Assembly: GCA_977017645.1 (NCBI GenBank)
Contig: OZ360220.1
Span: 187,550,001 to 187,614,000, forward strand
Reading direction: 5' to 3'
DNA from: Torpedo marmorata
Lineage: Eukaryota
Length of the DNA: 64,000 nt
The notes under the pieces are model-generated. The model was not told where the DNA came from, did no database searches, and saw only the letters and a program-made list of their open reading frames with translations. The position numbers were made by a program, and so were the translations under genes. Shown here piece after piece: positions 47,523 through 61,905 of this stretch; within the stretch, counting starts at the first letter, position 1, and each line of letters begins with the position of its first letter.

Positions 47523-48214
47523 CTGATATGGTCCCGATTGCTGGCGCTGTAAAGGCGTTGCGCCAACCGCTACGCCAACCGTGCTGCCCAATGGTGATCT
47601 AAAGTTGCAGAATGCATGCAATTAAAGGAATATGTGTAAAGGGGCGAGACAACGTCAAGTGATTTGTTGGGGTAGACGGAGGATTCCTTTGCTTCACTTC
47701 CTATGTTACATGTTGCTGATAGCAATAGCAGGACTGTGAGACACTACCAGCAGATACAGACTGTATGGATGGAGAGAAAAAAACTGATCCAATATACAGG
47801 TGGATGACATACAATGGCCAGTTCCAGTACCAAAGAGAAAGTGAGAATTCAGGAGACAAAGTTTAAGAAATCAGCGAATCAAGCAATGGAGAATTGGCAC
47901 AGATAAGCAGATAAGGACTGGAACAGATCAGCCGTGATCTGGTTAAATTACAAGGCAGGCTGAAAGGGCAGAGTGGCCCATTCTTGTCACTAATTCCTTA
48001 TTTTCTTATGAATTTGACATTGAATCCAGAGGGAAGGTGAAGTGTTGTTCCTCCAGCTCGATTTGAGCCCCCTTGTAACAATGCAGGAAGCTACAGAGAG
48101 ACAGGTTGAACTGAGAATGGGAAGAAGAATTTAAGTGGCTCCAGTTTTGTTTCGATTTTCCTTTATCAGACATAGAGGTTGTATTATTCTTCCTTTAACT
48201 CCCCCATTAACTAT

Positions 48215-48223
48215 CTCTCTCTT

Positions 48224-48255
<32 letters not shown>

Positions 48256-48470
48256 TAAACATCCAGACATCAACCTATACTCAAACACATGCATCGACAC
48301 ATATTGGTAGACATGCACACGGAGCTAGTCACCCAGCCACACATCCACTGACACACATGCACAAATATACACACATATGACCACACACATGCCTACACAG
48401 ATTCACACAGAGACACATATACATGGCATAAACACATCAGTGGAACATAAATACACACACATACACACAG
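48215..48470. repeat. (CT)n(CA)n microsatellite and degenerate CA-rich tract
   Basis: Directly visible. Confidence 0.85.
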
Positions 48471-49509
48471 AAAAACTAACATTCCACTGTAAATGACTCA
48501 GCACTGAATGAGCCATGGGTGCACTGCACTCAGACAAAATGTCCTTTTATCAGGAGATGGATGAAGCAAACTGAGCCAAAACATGGCAATTGCCAGAATT
48601 GCAGCAACCATTTACATTTATATTATCGATCAGCTAGCAATTCCAAATGTATATAGGTGCATAAAACGAGATTTTAGACATTTAAAAAAGTTGTTTATGT
48701 TAGCAATGATTAAAATTAGCACTAAGTTCACTGGTGTATCGGGTTAGCAGGAGAAGTATTGTGGAAAATTACTAGGCTTCTTGAGTTGATTTAATTCTGG
48801 AGGAGTTCTGTGGATAGTAGCAATGGGACTTTCCCATTACCTCCGCACTTGCAAGTACAGCAGAAGCAATCTTCCGGTCTTTAGTATTGCAGACTGATAC
48901 TTTCTTAGTTTCTTCACAAATAAAGTTCCACCCAACTTTTCTCACAGGGAACTGGGTCACTTTAGTGTATCGTGATTCATGACACCATGGAAAGTTGCTG
49001 AGCCTTTATGAGATGGTGCTGCATTGAAGGTGCTAGAAATGTAAGTCATAGAGTTCTACAGCACCTAAACAGGCTCTTCGACCCATCTTGTCCATGCCAA
49101 ACAAGCTAGTCCTATTAGCCTGCATTTGCCCAATATCTCTCTGTAACTTTCTTATCCATGTACCTGCCTAAATGCCTTTTGAATGCACCAATTGTCCCCA
49201 CTTCTAGCACTTCCTCTGGCAGTTTGTTCCATATACCCACCGCACTCTGTGGAAAGAATGTGCCCCTCAGGTCCCTTTGAAATCTTTCCCTTTTCACCTT
49301 AAATCTATGCCCTCCAGTTTTCGATTCACCTACTCTGGGAAAATAATTAGCCTTTTATATGATGGTAAGGGGGGAAAGGATAAACTGGGTTATTATAAGC
49401 CAGTTAAACTTCAACTGCAGGCAAATTGTTGGAATAAATCCTGAGGAATAGTATAAATGAGCAGATTAATCAAAGACAGACTGCATGGAAGTGTCAAGGG
49501 AATCAACCA

Positions 49510-50230
49510 GACTATTATTTAAATAGTGAAAAATTGCAGCATGCTGTTGTGTGGAGAGACTTGGGGGTGCTTGTGCATGTATCACAGGTGCAGCAGGTAA
49601 TCAAGAAGGCAAATGGGATGTTGGCCTTCATTGCTGGAGGGATTGAATTTAAGAGCAGGGAGGTTCTGCTGTAACAGTTCAGAGTACTGGTGAGGCTGCA
49701 CCTGGAGTACTGTGAGAAAGAACATACTGGCTTTGGAGAGGAAATTCACTGGCTGGATTCTGGAAACGAAGGAGTTAGCTTATGATGAGAGATTGAGTCG
49801 CCTGGGACGATATTCGCTGGAGTTTAGAAGGATGAGGCGGGATCTCATACAGACATAGAAAATTATGAAAGGAATAGACCAGCTAAAAGCACAGATGTTG
49901 TTTCCACTGGCAGGTGAGACTGGAATGAGGGGACATCTCCTCAAGGTTCAGGGGAGTAGATTTAAGACAGAGATAAGGAGGAACTGCTTCTTCCACAGAG
50001 TAGTGAATCTGTGGAAGTCTCTGCCCAAGGAAGAATTAGAGGCTACCTCATTAAATATATTTAAGATAGTGATGGATACATTTTTGAAGAACAGCAAAAA
50101 TTAAGTGTTATGGGAACAGGCACGTAAGTGGAGCTGAGTCCATGGCCAGATCAGTCATGACCTTACTGAATGGTGGAGCAGGCTCGACGGGCCAGATGGC
50201 TGACTCCTGCTCCTGTTTCTTATGTTCTTA
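49510..50230 (+). mobile_element. CR1 LINE 3' part
   Basis: MKGIDQL..LFPLAGETGMRGHLLKVQGSRFKTEIRRNCFFHRVVNLW; tail ctcctgctcctgtttcttatgttctta. Confidence 0.85.
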
Positions 50231-50369
50231 TAACCAATACATTGAGGAGTATCGGGGAGGTCAATGTGAATAGTATGTTTGATGCAGTCAACAAGAATTT
50301 TACGGGAAGCTTTTGACATGGCAAGCTGATCAAAAAACTAAGAAGCTAATAATAAAGTTAGTCCAACAA

Positions 50370-50915
50370 TTCGGTTCACTCAATGTGGTCTCCTCTACAT
50401 CAGGGAAACCAAACACAGATTGGACGACCATTTCGTCAAGCACCAGCTCTCTGTCCTTGGCAGGTTGTCAGCCATTTTAATTCCCTTCACGATTCCTGTG
50501 CAGACATGTCTGCCCTTGGCCTCATCCATTGCCAGAGTATAGTCAATCGTAAACGAGAAGCAATATCTTGTATTCCTCCTGGGTAGCCTAGAAACCAACA
50601 GCATGAATGTTGGGTTTCCCAATTTGTGGTAAAACAAAACCCTGTTCCAGTTCCACAGTTTCCATCTGTCCTTTACCTCCTCTTACTCTTATTTTTCTCT
50701 CAAACCCCCCAATCCCTTTTGTGGTCTTCTCCCCGACCTGTCTCACCATGTCTCCCACCTTCATTTGTCCAGTATCCGATTACCTCTTGCCTTCTCCCCC
50801 CCCCCCCCACCCTGCCATTTGCTCTTCCCGCTTCAGTCTTAACAAAGGCCTATGACCATTTCTACCCATGGATGCTGCCTGACCTGTTGAGTTCCTCCAG
50901 CTTCTCCTTGTTCAC
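50370..50915 (+). mobile_element. Penelope GIY-YIG end plus pLTR, decayed
   Basis: caatgtggtctcctctacatcagggaaacc (CGLLYIxET), VVSHFNS. Confidence 0.75.
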
Positions 50916-51194
50916 TCACAAAAGTAAGAGTCCATGAATCCGAGGGAATGTAGCAAAATAGATCCAATATTTTTTGTTTTGTTTTCAGGAAGCAAAGAAT
51001 AATGATTGACAGGTGATTTTGCAACTCAAAAGTGCAGTGTAGTTCCACAACACTTCTCTTATTTATTGTGATATAAATATTATTAATTTAGGCTTAAACT
51101 TTGGGGTTATAATAAAAAAAATGTTTGCCAATGGTACCAGAATTGGCCAATTAGTTGACAGTGAGGTGAAAAGGTTAAATCTACTGCATGTCAT

Positions 51195-51870
51195 AGAGTC
51201 ACAGAGTCATACACCACAGAACAGACCCTTCAGCCCACCTCCATGCCAACCAAATTGGCATTCTGGGCTAGTCCCATTTGGTTCATATCCTTCTAAACTC
51301 TATCCATAAATCTGTCCAAATGTCTTTAGAATGTCCAAATTATGCCCGTTCCTACAAGTTACTCTGGTAGCTTGTTCCAGATACAAACCACCCTAACCTT
51401 CAGGTCCCTTATAAATCTCTCCCTCTCACCTTAAACCTATGCCCTCTAATAACAGAATTATTTACCCTGGTAAGAACACTGTGAGCATTCATTTTATCCA
51501 TGTCCCTCATGATTTTACGAACCACCATAATGTCACCCCTCATCCTCCTATGCTCCAGAGAATAAAGACCTGGCTGATCCAACCTCTTCATAACACTTGC
51601 CCCTCCAGTCCTGTTAACATCCTGGTGAATCACCTCTGCATTCCTTCCAATTTATTGATATCCTTCCTACAGCTGGGTGACCAGAACTGCACAGAATACT
51701 CTAAGTGTGGTCTCACCAATAACTTGTACAGCTAAATCATGAATTCCCAACTGTTGTACTCAATACACTGCCCAATGAAGACAAGCATGCCAAAAGCCTT
51801 CTTCTCTACATTGTTCACCTGCGTTGCCTCTTTCAGGGAACTATGCATATGTACCCTTAGGTTTCTCTGT
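51195..51870 (-). mobile_element. CR1 LINE 3' part
   Basis: Minus-strand GLYSLEHRRMRGD and KKAFGMLVFIGQCIEY. Confidence 0.8.
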
Positions 51871-52157
51871 TCTAAAACAGCCATCTGGAGAAAAAGTGGC
51901 AAATGAAATTCAATCCAAAGAAATGTCAGCTCAACCATTTGCAGATGTGCAACAAGGTAAGGGTAGTGTAACAAATGTGAGAACACAAGAGGTGTGGAGT
52001 AAATGAGGGAATGTGCATAGATAAATCATTAAACAATATGGGACAGGTTGATAAGGCAGTTAAAATAAGTAAAAACACACCGGAATGCTAGAGGAACTCA
52101 GCCAGTCTTGCAGCGTCCATAGGAGATAAAGGTATATTGACGATGTTTCGGGCCTGT

Positions 52158-55100
52158 CGGCCACGAGTGGAGGCTGTTCAAACAACGATTCATGCTGTAC
52201 CTGCAAGCCATTGGACTCGATAGCAAACCTGATGCACGGAAGATTGCACTGCTACTTACCGTGGCGGGACCTCAAGCACTAGAGGTTTTCAATACATTTG
52301 TTTTTGCCGAGGAAGAAGACCAGGGTAAGTTCGACAAGGTTATCGAAATGTTTGATGAACACTGTTCACCAAAGGAAAATGAAACGTTCAAGAGGTACAT
52401 GTTTTGCTCGCGCACACAGCTGCAGGGAGAGAGCTTTGATACTTTTTTAACGGGCTTGAAATTAAAAGCAAGAACATGCAATTTTGGATCGCTGCAAGAT
52501 TCAATGATCCGTGATCAAATTGTGTTCGGGATTATTGATAAGAAAGTGAAAGAGAGGTAGCTGCGAGAGACAGAGCTTACCTTAGCTGGAGCTGTGAAGA
52601 TATGCCACGCCAGTGAATTAGCTCTGCAGCACGCAAAAAAGTTTGGTGAGATTGCAAAAGCCAGTGAAAACAAAGCATAGGCATAGCCACAGTGTGTCCA
52701 CACACATAAACAAAAAAAGAGATATAGGAAACAACAAAAAGATGGAGAGACATTCAAGTGCAAACAATGTGGCACTCAACATACACCAAAACAATGTCCC
52801 ACCTATGGAAAAGTCTGTAAAAAAGTGCAAAGGGCAGAATCACTATGCAAAGCAATGTGTTTCCAAAGGGAAACAAAACAGAAGTGAAACTGTACACACC
52901 ATAGAAGAAATTGCTCTCAGTGATACACTTTTCGTTGGCATGGTAGTGCAGAAAGATTATAAACCAACAGACACTGAAGAGCCACACGTGAACAGAGTCG
53001 AGCAGGATAAGAGGACTGTGTCATTGCATACAAATGGAGCTAATATTCTTTTCAAGCTGGACACTGGGGCAAAGGTCAATTTGATCTGTGAGCACAACAT
53101 CAGGGCAATGAAGATAAAGCCATACATCCATGCAAATCTGTACAGCTCAAAGCCTACAATGGACAGAGCAAGGTGAAAGTTAAAGATAAAGAGCACCACC
53201 TCAGGTTCGCAGTAGTCCCAGATGGACATGAATCACTGCTTGGTGAGAAAGCATGTGAAAACTTAAGCCTAGTCAAAAGGGTGTACCACATTAACAGCGC
53301 CAATGCACGGAACAGCTTAAAGGAAATACTGTATCAATTTCTAGACATCTTCAAGGGGTTTGGAGTTCTACCATTCACCTATAAGATACAGTTAAAGGAG
53401 GATGCACAGCCAGTAGTGCATGCCCCGATGTGGGTTCCAGCGCCACTAAAAGAAAAGCTCAAGCAGGAACTCGACCGAATGACGTCACTAGGGGTCATAA
53501 AGAAAGTGGAGGAGCCCACAGAATGGGTGAATTCAATGGTGTGTGTCAAAAAGAAGAATGGTGACCTACGCGTGTGCATAGACCCAAAAGACTTGAATGC
53601 CAAAATAAAGAGGGAACATTATCAGATTCCGACCAGGGATGAAATTACAAGTGAGATGGCCGGTGCAAAGTTTTTCACCAAATTGGATGCATCCCAGGGC
53701 TTCTGGCAAATAAAACTGCATAAAGATAGCACAAAATACTGTACATTTAATACACCGTTTTGCTGATACTCCTGTCTGAGGATGCCTTTTGGAATTTCCT
53801 CAGCTCCGGAAGTGTTCCACAGGACAATGGAGCACATCATAGAAGGCATAAATGAGGTACGTGTGTACTTGGATGACATGATCCTATGGGGATCCACACA
53901 AGAACAACACGAGAGGCTCATCAAAGTGCTACAACGCATTCAGAAGTATGGGTTAAAGTTAAACAGAGAAAAATGTCAGTTTGGTGTAAAGGAAATCACC
54001 TTTCTGGGAGATAAACTGTCGGAGGCAGGTGTGGAGCCAGACAAGAGCAAGGTGAAAGCAATTTTAGAGATGCCCAGACCCACTGACAAAAAGGCATATT
54101 GAGAGTGCTGGGAATGATCAATTTCATTGGTAAATTCATACCAAACCTGTCTTCCAAAACAATGTACCTAAGGAAGTTGTTACAGGACAAATGTGAATTC
54201 AAGTGGACAGACAACCACGAGGAAGAATGGGGACGACTGAAGACCATTCTAACTACAGAACCAGTGCTTTTGACGTTCATTGACGCATCCAGAAGGACAA
54301 AAATATCTACGGACGCTACAAAAGATGGAATAGGTGCCGTACTACTTCAGGCTGTGGGAGAAGATTGGAGGCCAGTAGCATATGCATCAAGGACGATGAC
54401 AACGTCTGAATGTCGATATGCACAGATCGAGAAAGAGTGTCTAGGTCTGGTTTATGGACTCGGGAAATTCCACAGTTATGTGTATGGTCTACCAACATTC
54501 GTGGCAGAGACAGTACACAAGCCATTAATAGCGATAATCAAGAAAAATCTCAGTGAAATGTCGCTGAGAATCCAAAGACTGATGATGAAGCTACATCGTT
54601 ATGACTTTGAATTGGTGAACACACCAGGGAAACTTATTGTGTTAGCTGATGCGTTATCCAGGGCAACGACGCAGAGTGAAGCACACAATGAGAGTTACAT
54701 AGAGACAGATGTGAATCTTCATGTGAACCTGATCACTGAATCTCTTCTCGTATCTGACATGAAATCCAAGCAGATCGCAGCTGAACCAGAAAAGGACACA
54801 GTTCTACAGAAGGTCATCAAGAATCTGAATGAAGGATGGCCTGGAGGTGAATGTCAGCCATACTACAACATCAGAGCTGAGCTGAGTGTTGACAATGGGC
54901 TTCTACTCAGACAGAGCAGAATTATCATTCCTCAATCACTGCGACAAGAGATGCTGAAAAGGGTGCATGAGGGGCACCTTGGAATGGAAAAATGCAAGAG
55001 GAGGGCCAGAACTGCTGTTTATTGGCCAGGGATAAATGCTGACATTGACAGGATGGTTTCCAGCTGTGAGACCTGTTTAAAACATCACACAAAGCAGACA

Positions 55101-56317
55101 AAGGAACCCATGATAATAACTGACTACCAGCAGAACCATGGGAGAAAGTTGGGACTGATCTGTTCCACATGGATGGAAAGAATTACTTGCTGGTTATTGA
55201 TTATCTATCGAACTATCCGGAGTTTGCGCTGCTTCCTAATATGTCTGCTGCTTGTGTGATCAAATATATGAAATCAATCTTTGCAAGACATGGAATTCCT
55301 CAAATTGTCTACAGTGACAATGGACCATGCTACAGCTGTAGAGAATTCCAGAACTTTGCAGAAGAGTATGATTTTCGACATGTGACTTCAAGTCCTCTGG
55401 ATCCACAGTCAAATGGTAAAGCAGAGAAAGGAGTTCACATAGTTAAACAGTTGCTCAAGAAAGCACTAGACAGTGGCTAAGATCTGTATCTAGCTCTATT
55501 GAGTTACAGAGCTTCACTACTTGAACATGGCATGTCACCCGCTGAGCTTCTGTTGGGACGTAGACTATGCACCACACTTCCCTACTCTGCAGACCCAAAC
55601 AAGAACAGGGAGGTCGAAGATGTCGAACGGAAACAAAAGTGTCTGCAATGGAGACAAAAAGCAAACTATGACAAGTCAGCAAGAAGCTTAGGGCCACTGG
55701 CACAACATGACGCAGTGAGACTCAGAGATTCCAACACTTGGGACAAAAAGGCTACTGTTCTGGAGGAAGTAAATCCAAGATCCTACACTGTCAGAACAGA
55801 GGACGGTCAAATACTGAGGAGGAATTGAAAAAGCCTGCTGAAAACGCAAGAGACACTGCAGGAACAGACAAATGCAGAAGATCCAGCCTGCACAGCAACA
55901 GAGGAAACACCACCAGTGCTAGACAGTAGTGGACCAGCAGAGCCGACACAAGCACCTGTGTTAAGAAGATCCACATGTGTTATCAAAGCACCTGACAGGC
56001 TGAATCTCTAAAAGAAAAAGAACTGCACACTTCAAAGTTTGTGTTGCTGATGTTGTGTTTACATTTGTGTTGAACTTTAAATTGAAATAAATACTGTATT
56101 AGTGTGTCATGTTGTTAGATTAAACATCTCAAGGAAAGGGGATGTAATGATAGAGTGCTAGTGATCCTCCTGACCACTAGAGGGATCGGAGACTAGTTTG
56201 TTGGAGCTCGGCTGGATTCAAGATGGATGCCTCCACACAGTCATGTGTATAGCTAATAAAGTATATTTGTTTTAAAAGAACCCAAGTTTCTTTATTGCAA
56301 TAAAAAGAAACATAACA
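52158..56317 (+). mobile_element. Ty3/Gypsy (Mag-like) LTR retrotransposon, 5' LTR missing, decayed gag-pol (to 56011)
   Basis: KIALLLTVAG, MIRDQIVFG, FKLDTGA, RVCIDPKDLN, LDASQGFWQ, YLDD, YAQIEKE, HEGHLG, SDNGP, SNGKAE, RRS...PDRLNL; PPT aaggaaagggga at 56131-56142. Confidence 0.93.
56143..56317 (+). repeat. Gypsy 3' LTR (175 bp)
   Basis: TGTAATG...CATAACA directly after the PPT; contains AATAAA. Confidence 0.75.
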
Positions 56318-56329
56318 GATATCTCAGAA

Positions 56330-57098
56330 TAGAGACAGTGCTGGTTCGGGGAGGAGTCCAGACCAACAAAATGTGTTAATTGGATATGATAAGGTGAGAG
56401 GTGAGAATTGATTTTGCCTGTGTGAAAAGAAACAGGGAAAAGGGAAAGAGACAAAGCTGGGGGAAGGCGGTGGGGGAAGAAGTTGGGGGTGGGGGGGTGG
56501 GTGGGGGGGGGGGAGAGGTTTAACGAAAGCCAGAGAAGTCTATGTTAATGTCATCCAGTTGGAGGATTCCCAGACGGAAGATGAGGTGTCGTTCCTCCAA
56601 TTTGCGGGTGGTCTCAGTCTGGCAGCGCATGAGACCATGGAAAGACATGTCAGGAAGAGAAAGGGGATGGGGAATTGAAATGGGTGGCCACAGGAGATCC
56701 AGGCTATTGCGGCGGACAGAGCCAAGGTGCTCAACAAAGCGATCTCCCAGTCTGCGTCCAGTCCCTCTGAAGACCACAACGGGAGCACCGGATGCAGTAG
56801 ATGGCCCCTGCAGATTCACAAGTGAAATGTTGCTTCACTTGGAAGGACTGTTTGGGGCTCCAAATGGTGGTGAGGGAGGAGGTGTGGGCGCAAGTGGAGC
56901 ATCTCCTGCGGTCACAGGGGTAGGTACCAAGGGGATGATTGGTGGGAAGGGAGGAGTGGACAAGGGAATCACAGAGGAAGCAGTCCCTGTGGAAGGTAAA
57001 GAGGGGAGTAGAGGGGAATATGTGTCTAGTGATGGGATCTCGAGGTAGGTGGCAGAAATGGCAGAGGAGGATGTGTTGGATTTGGAGGCTGGTGGGGT
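56330..57098 (-). mobile_element. Penelope-like element, host of the Gypsy (other part at about 52070-52157)
   Basis: Minus-strand TGRRLGDRFVEHL...RKLEERHLIFRLGILQ. Confidence 0.85.
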
Positions 57099-57099
57099 G

Positions 57100-58368
57100 A
57101 TTCAGATTTCAGATTTATTGTCAGAGTACATACATGACATCACATACAACCTTGAGATTCTTTTTCCTGCGGGCAAGGCAAAATTACCACTTATTGGTAG
57201 TGCAAACAAAAACTGTACACAATGTACACGTGTAAAAAATAAATAAATGTAAACAACTGAATGTGCAATACAGAGAGAAAAAAAAACAAACAATAAAATG
57301 CAAAAGTAAGAGTCCTTAAATGAGTCTCTGACTGAGTTTATTGTTAAGTAGTCTGATGGTGGAGCGGTAGCAGCTGTTCCTGAACCTGGTTGTGCAAGTC
57401 TTGTTGAACCTATACCTTTTTCCTGATTGTAGCAGCGAGAACAGGGCGTGTGCTGGTTGGTGTGGATCTTTGATGATTGCTGCTGCTCTCCGACTGCTGC
57501 GTTCCCTGGAGATGTTCTCACTGGTGGGGAGGGTTTTGCCTGTGATGTCCTGGGCTGTGTCCACTACCTTTTGGAGGGCTTTCTGCTCAGGGGTATTGGT
57601 GTCCCCATACCAGACCATGATGCAGCCGGTCAGCACACTTTCCACTACACATCTGTCGAAATTTGCCAGGTGAAGCAAATCTGTTGAATTTGCCAAGTGA
57701 ATCAAATCTGTTGAAATACCAAACCTCCGCAAACTCCTGAGGAAGTAGAGGCGCTGATGTGCTTTCTTCACGATGCCATTGGTGTGTGGGTCCAGGAAAG
57801 ATCCTCCGAGATAGTGACTCACAAGAACTTAACTTTACTCACCCTCTCCACCTCTGATCCCCCAATGATCACTGGATCGTACACATCTGGTTTTCCCTTC
57901 CTGAAGTCAACAATCAGCTCCTTGGTTTTGCTGACATTGAGTGCGAGGGCATTGTTGGTGCACCATTCAGCCAAGTTTTCAATCTCCCTCTTGTATGCTG
58001 ACTCATCGCCCCTTTATATAAAACCCACTACCGTGGTATTGTCAGCGAATTTGTAGATGGTGTTGTTGTCATGCTGAGCCACACAGTCATAGGTGTAAAG
58101 CGAGTAGAGCAGGGGGCTAAGAACACAGCCCTGTGGTGCTCCGGTACTGATGGAGATTGTGGAGGAGATGTTCTTACCAATCTTCACCGATTGTGGTCTG
58201 GAGGTGAGGAAATCCAGGATCCAATTACACAGTGGGGTGTTGAGTCCCAGGTCTTGGAATTTGCTGATCAGTTTTGAAGGGATAATGGTGTTAAATGCTG
58301 AACTGTAGTTAACAAAGACCATCCTGATGAATGCATCTTTGCTGTCTAGGTGTTCCAGGGCTTTGTGA
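57100..58368 (-). mobile_element. Rex1/Babar LINE, 5'-truncated (same family as 12036-14075)
   Basis: [36 protein letters not shown]; (tctgaa)n tail. Confidence 0.92.
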
Positions 58369-61229
58369 GGACAAGAGGAATCCTGTCCTTGTTGCGTGAT
58401 GACAAGCAGAATCCTGTCCTTGTTCATGAGCACAAGAGGAATCCTGTCCTTATTGCACATGGGGGCGGAAAGGGGCCAGGGCAGATGTGCAGGTAATGGA
58501 GAATATGCGGGTGAGGGTCGAGTTGATATTGGTAGAGGGAAAGCCACGTGGTTTACGTAAAATAAGTGATCAAACAAAGAATTCCTGGAGGAACTCAGCA
58601 GGTCAGACATGGTCAGGCAATGCTTTGGGTTGGGACCCTTTATCAAGCCAAAGATCAAAGTTAGGATAAAAAGGTGAAATACATATATAAACAGGGAAAG
58701 AAGCTGGGGAGAGGTCCAGAGGTGATAGGATAGATGTGAGAGATTGGGAGACAGGCAGAGTGAGATCCCACTAGAAAGGGGATAGAAAAGTTAGAGAGGG
58801 AAAAAAGTGCAGGAGTAGGTAAAGATGGAAACAATGGAACCAGATTGGGATGAGGGTTGCTTTCATCTTGATAAAGAGTCCCGATCCGAAACGTTGACTG
58901 ACATTTCTACCCATGGATGCTGTCTGTCCTGCTGAGTTCCTCCAGTAATTCCTTGTTTGCTCAAGATTCCAGTGTCTGCAGCTTTTGTGTTTCTCTCAGT
59001 TAAAAAGAGTTGTTTATTTTATTAGCCAGGGCATAGAATATAAAAGTAGGAAGGTTCTGTTAAAATTGTACACCACAGAAACATGACCACAATCTAAATG
59101 CCATCTACAGTTTTGGTCCCCACATTACAGGAAAGATACAATTGCTCTGGAGAGGGTACAACAGAGATTTATGAGAACATTGCCAGGGCTGGAATCTTAA
59201 CTGTACAGGAAGATTGTGTGGATTAGATTTTTTGGAGGAGGCTGACAATCTTTAATGAAGTATATAAAAAGGTAAAGTAGAAAGGTCCGATTTTATCAAC
59301 CAGAGAGGCAAAATCAAGGGGCATAGTGATAAAAGGATCAGAAAAGTTCAACTACCACTCAAGCGGTTGGGATCTGGAACTCACTATCTGATAAGGTAAT
59401 GGAAGCAGAAGCCCTCACCACATTTATATAGTAGTTCAGATTTCAGATTTATTGTCAGAGTACATACATGACATCACATACAACCCTGAGATTCTTTTTT
59501 TCCTGTGGGCGCAGCAGAATTACCACTAATTGGTGGTGCATGTGTAGATGAAGAGCTGTGACCTGAAGGGCAGCCAACCTGGTTCTGGATGGGGTATGTG
59601 CAACACACAAAAGTGCTGTAGAAACTCAGCAGGTCACACAGCATCTATTGGAAGTAAAGAGTAACCAATGTTTCGGGCCTGAACCCTTCATCAAGGTGAG
59701 GGGATGGGAGGGGGGGGGCAGTGGGGGTGAGGCTTGGAAGCGATATCAAACTACCATGGACACAAGATGAATGTCCTTCTCCTGCTTTGAAAACTTTCCC
59801 AGCTTTTGTCATGCTCTGATGGAGAAGGGAGTTTTACAGGGCTGTTAGGAATGGGCAGTGGAAGCCAATTCAGTTAGAACTTTCGAAAAAAAAGCATTGG
59901 ATAAATAATTGAACAAGAGAAATATGCGGCAATGTGGAGAAAGAACAAGAGGAGTGGCCCATTCCAAAGAACTGGCGCAGGAGGAACAAACTGCTTTATT
60001 TCAATAAACAGCACCTTTGATGTCTTTGGATTTTGTTGTTCCAAATCACAAGACCTTGGAATCAACTATCGTATTATGAACTCTAATATGTTCAGCACCC
60101 ATCTGAATAAGCTGCTTGATTTCAAGTACAGGTATTAATGTCTTCTTTCAGATGCAATGAGCCCTGAGCCCCAGACAACCCAATTTAACCAGCAGTGTCC
60201 TAGGCAGTTAATAAACTTTGCAAACCTGCAAAAGTAAACTGAAGCAACACAACTGAAGCAAGGCAATGTGGAAAGAAATTGAGAATCTGGCCTGCTGATT
60301 ACAGCTATGTAAAACCTCCTTCCTAGTTAGCTGTGTTTGTTTTAAATCTATTTAGCTCTATAAAGTTGAAACCTCATTAATTTACTGAAAATCTGGATTT
60401 GATTACCTTTTGATGTATGTTCTATCATTTTCTTTCCGGGAACATGTTGGTTTCAAAAAAGCTTCACTGATGTCAAAGTGATCGTCTGTTAATTGTAAAG
60501 TTTATGGAAGCAAAAATAAATCCCGTATATTTGGGAAATTCAGAGTTGGCACGTATCCAGCGCGTAGTCCCTCAGAGCCAAATTCACAAGGAGGGGAGCA
60601 CTTCGAGTTCATTAAATCATTAATTCAGTTTCCTTTCTCGAGAGGTATTTACAACAGAGTGTGACACGTAGTGAGTGTGGTGATGAGAAGTAGGTCTGTA
60701 AGCAATGAATGCAGCAAAGGGATAAAGGGCCTTGAGCATTAAGTGTGGCTATGGGATGAAGGAATGTGGATGGTGAGTATTGCAGTGGGATGTAGAACCA
60801 GGAGCAGGAAATGTCACAGTGGGAATTAGTAATGTGTGGCAGTAGCATTTCCGATTGTGGATTAGGAGTGCCACACGAGTGAATCACAATCTGATAACTC
60901 TCTGCCATGCTCACTCGTCACATCCGAAATTCCACTGTCACACAAGAGTGAATCACAGTCTGAAATGTCTATACCAAACTCACTACACACGATTCCAAAT
61001 CTTACTTCTACAGGCAATACCCATTTCTACAATCTCACTTCTACAGGCAAACCCAGAACCCTAAATCCAATACAACGCACAATTTGAAATCCCACTGCCA
61101 CGTTCACTAGTCACACTTCTAACTCCTTCTGGCACAATCACTAATCACAATTATAAATCCCACTGCTACACTCACTAATCATCATCTGAAATTCCACAAC
61201 CGCACGAGTGACTCCCATTGCCTTCTTAC

Positions 61230-61905
61230 AATACACAAAAGTGCTGAAGAAACTCAGCAGGTCACGCAGCATGCATAGGAAGAAAGGCGACCAACATTTT
61301 GAGCCTGGGCCCTTCATCGGGAATCTGCAAAAACAGGTAGAAGCCTGAATAAAAAGGTGGGGTGGGGGTGGGGGGCTGGAGAAGAGGAGAGAAAGAATGA
61401 AGAGGGAGGGGGAGGAGAACAAGCTGACAAGTAAGATGTAATAGGTGAATACAGGTAGGATGGTAGAAAAGAAAGAAGCTGAGAAGTGATGGGAGGAGAG
61501 GGCAAAGGGCTAATAAGGGTAGCTCTCTGATAGGGGAAGGAAAGGGGGTGGGGAGCTGGAAAAAAGGAGGCAGGGGGATGAGGGAAGGAGAGAGACCGCG
61601 GGAAGGGGTTAACGGAAATTGGAGAAGTTGGAATTGATGCTGTCCTGCCAACTTCTTCCAGTAGCCAACTATTTTAATTCCACACAGCATTGCCACACTG
61701 ACATGTCTGCCCATGGCCAAATCATGGCCACCTTCAAATTGGAGGAATAACAACTTAAATTCCATCTCGGCAGTCTCCGAGCACATGGCATCAATATTGA
61801 TAAAGGGCTTAGGCCCGAAACATTGATTGCCTTTCTTCCTATGGATTGCTGCATGACCAGCTGAATTTCACTCGACTCCAGCATGTGCAGATTTTATTGT
61901 TTAAC
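61230..61905. mobile_element. Penelope remnant with inverted pLTR pieces
   Basis: gtgctgaagaaactcagcaggtcac arm, purine-rich spacer, GIY-YIG end, ttgataaagggcttaggcccgaaac core. Confidence 0.75.

Noticed and set aside
57650-57716. Short tandem triplication inside Rex1 (similar ones at 58370-58455 and 9395-9448)
   Set aside because: These are local slippage duplications with no sign of function.
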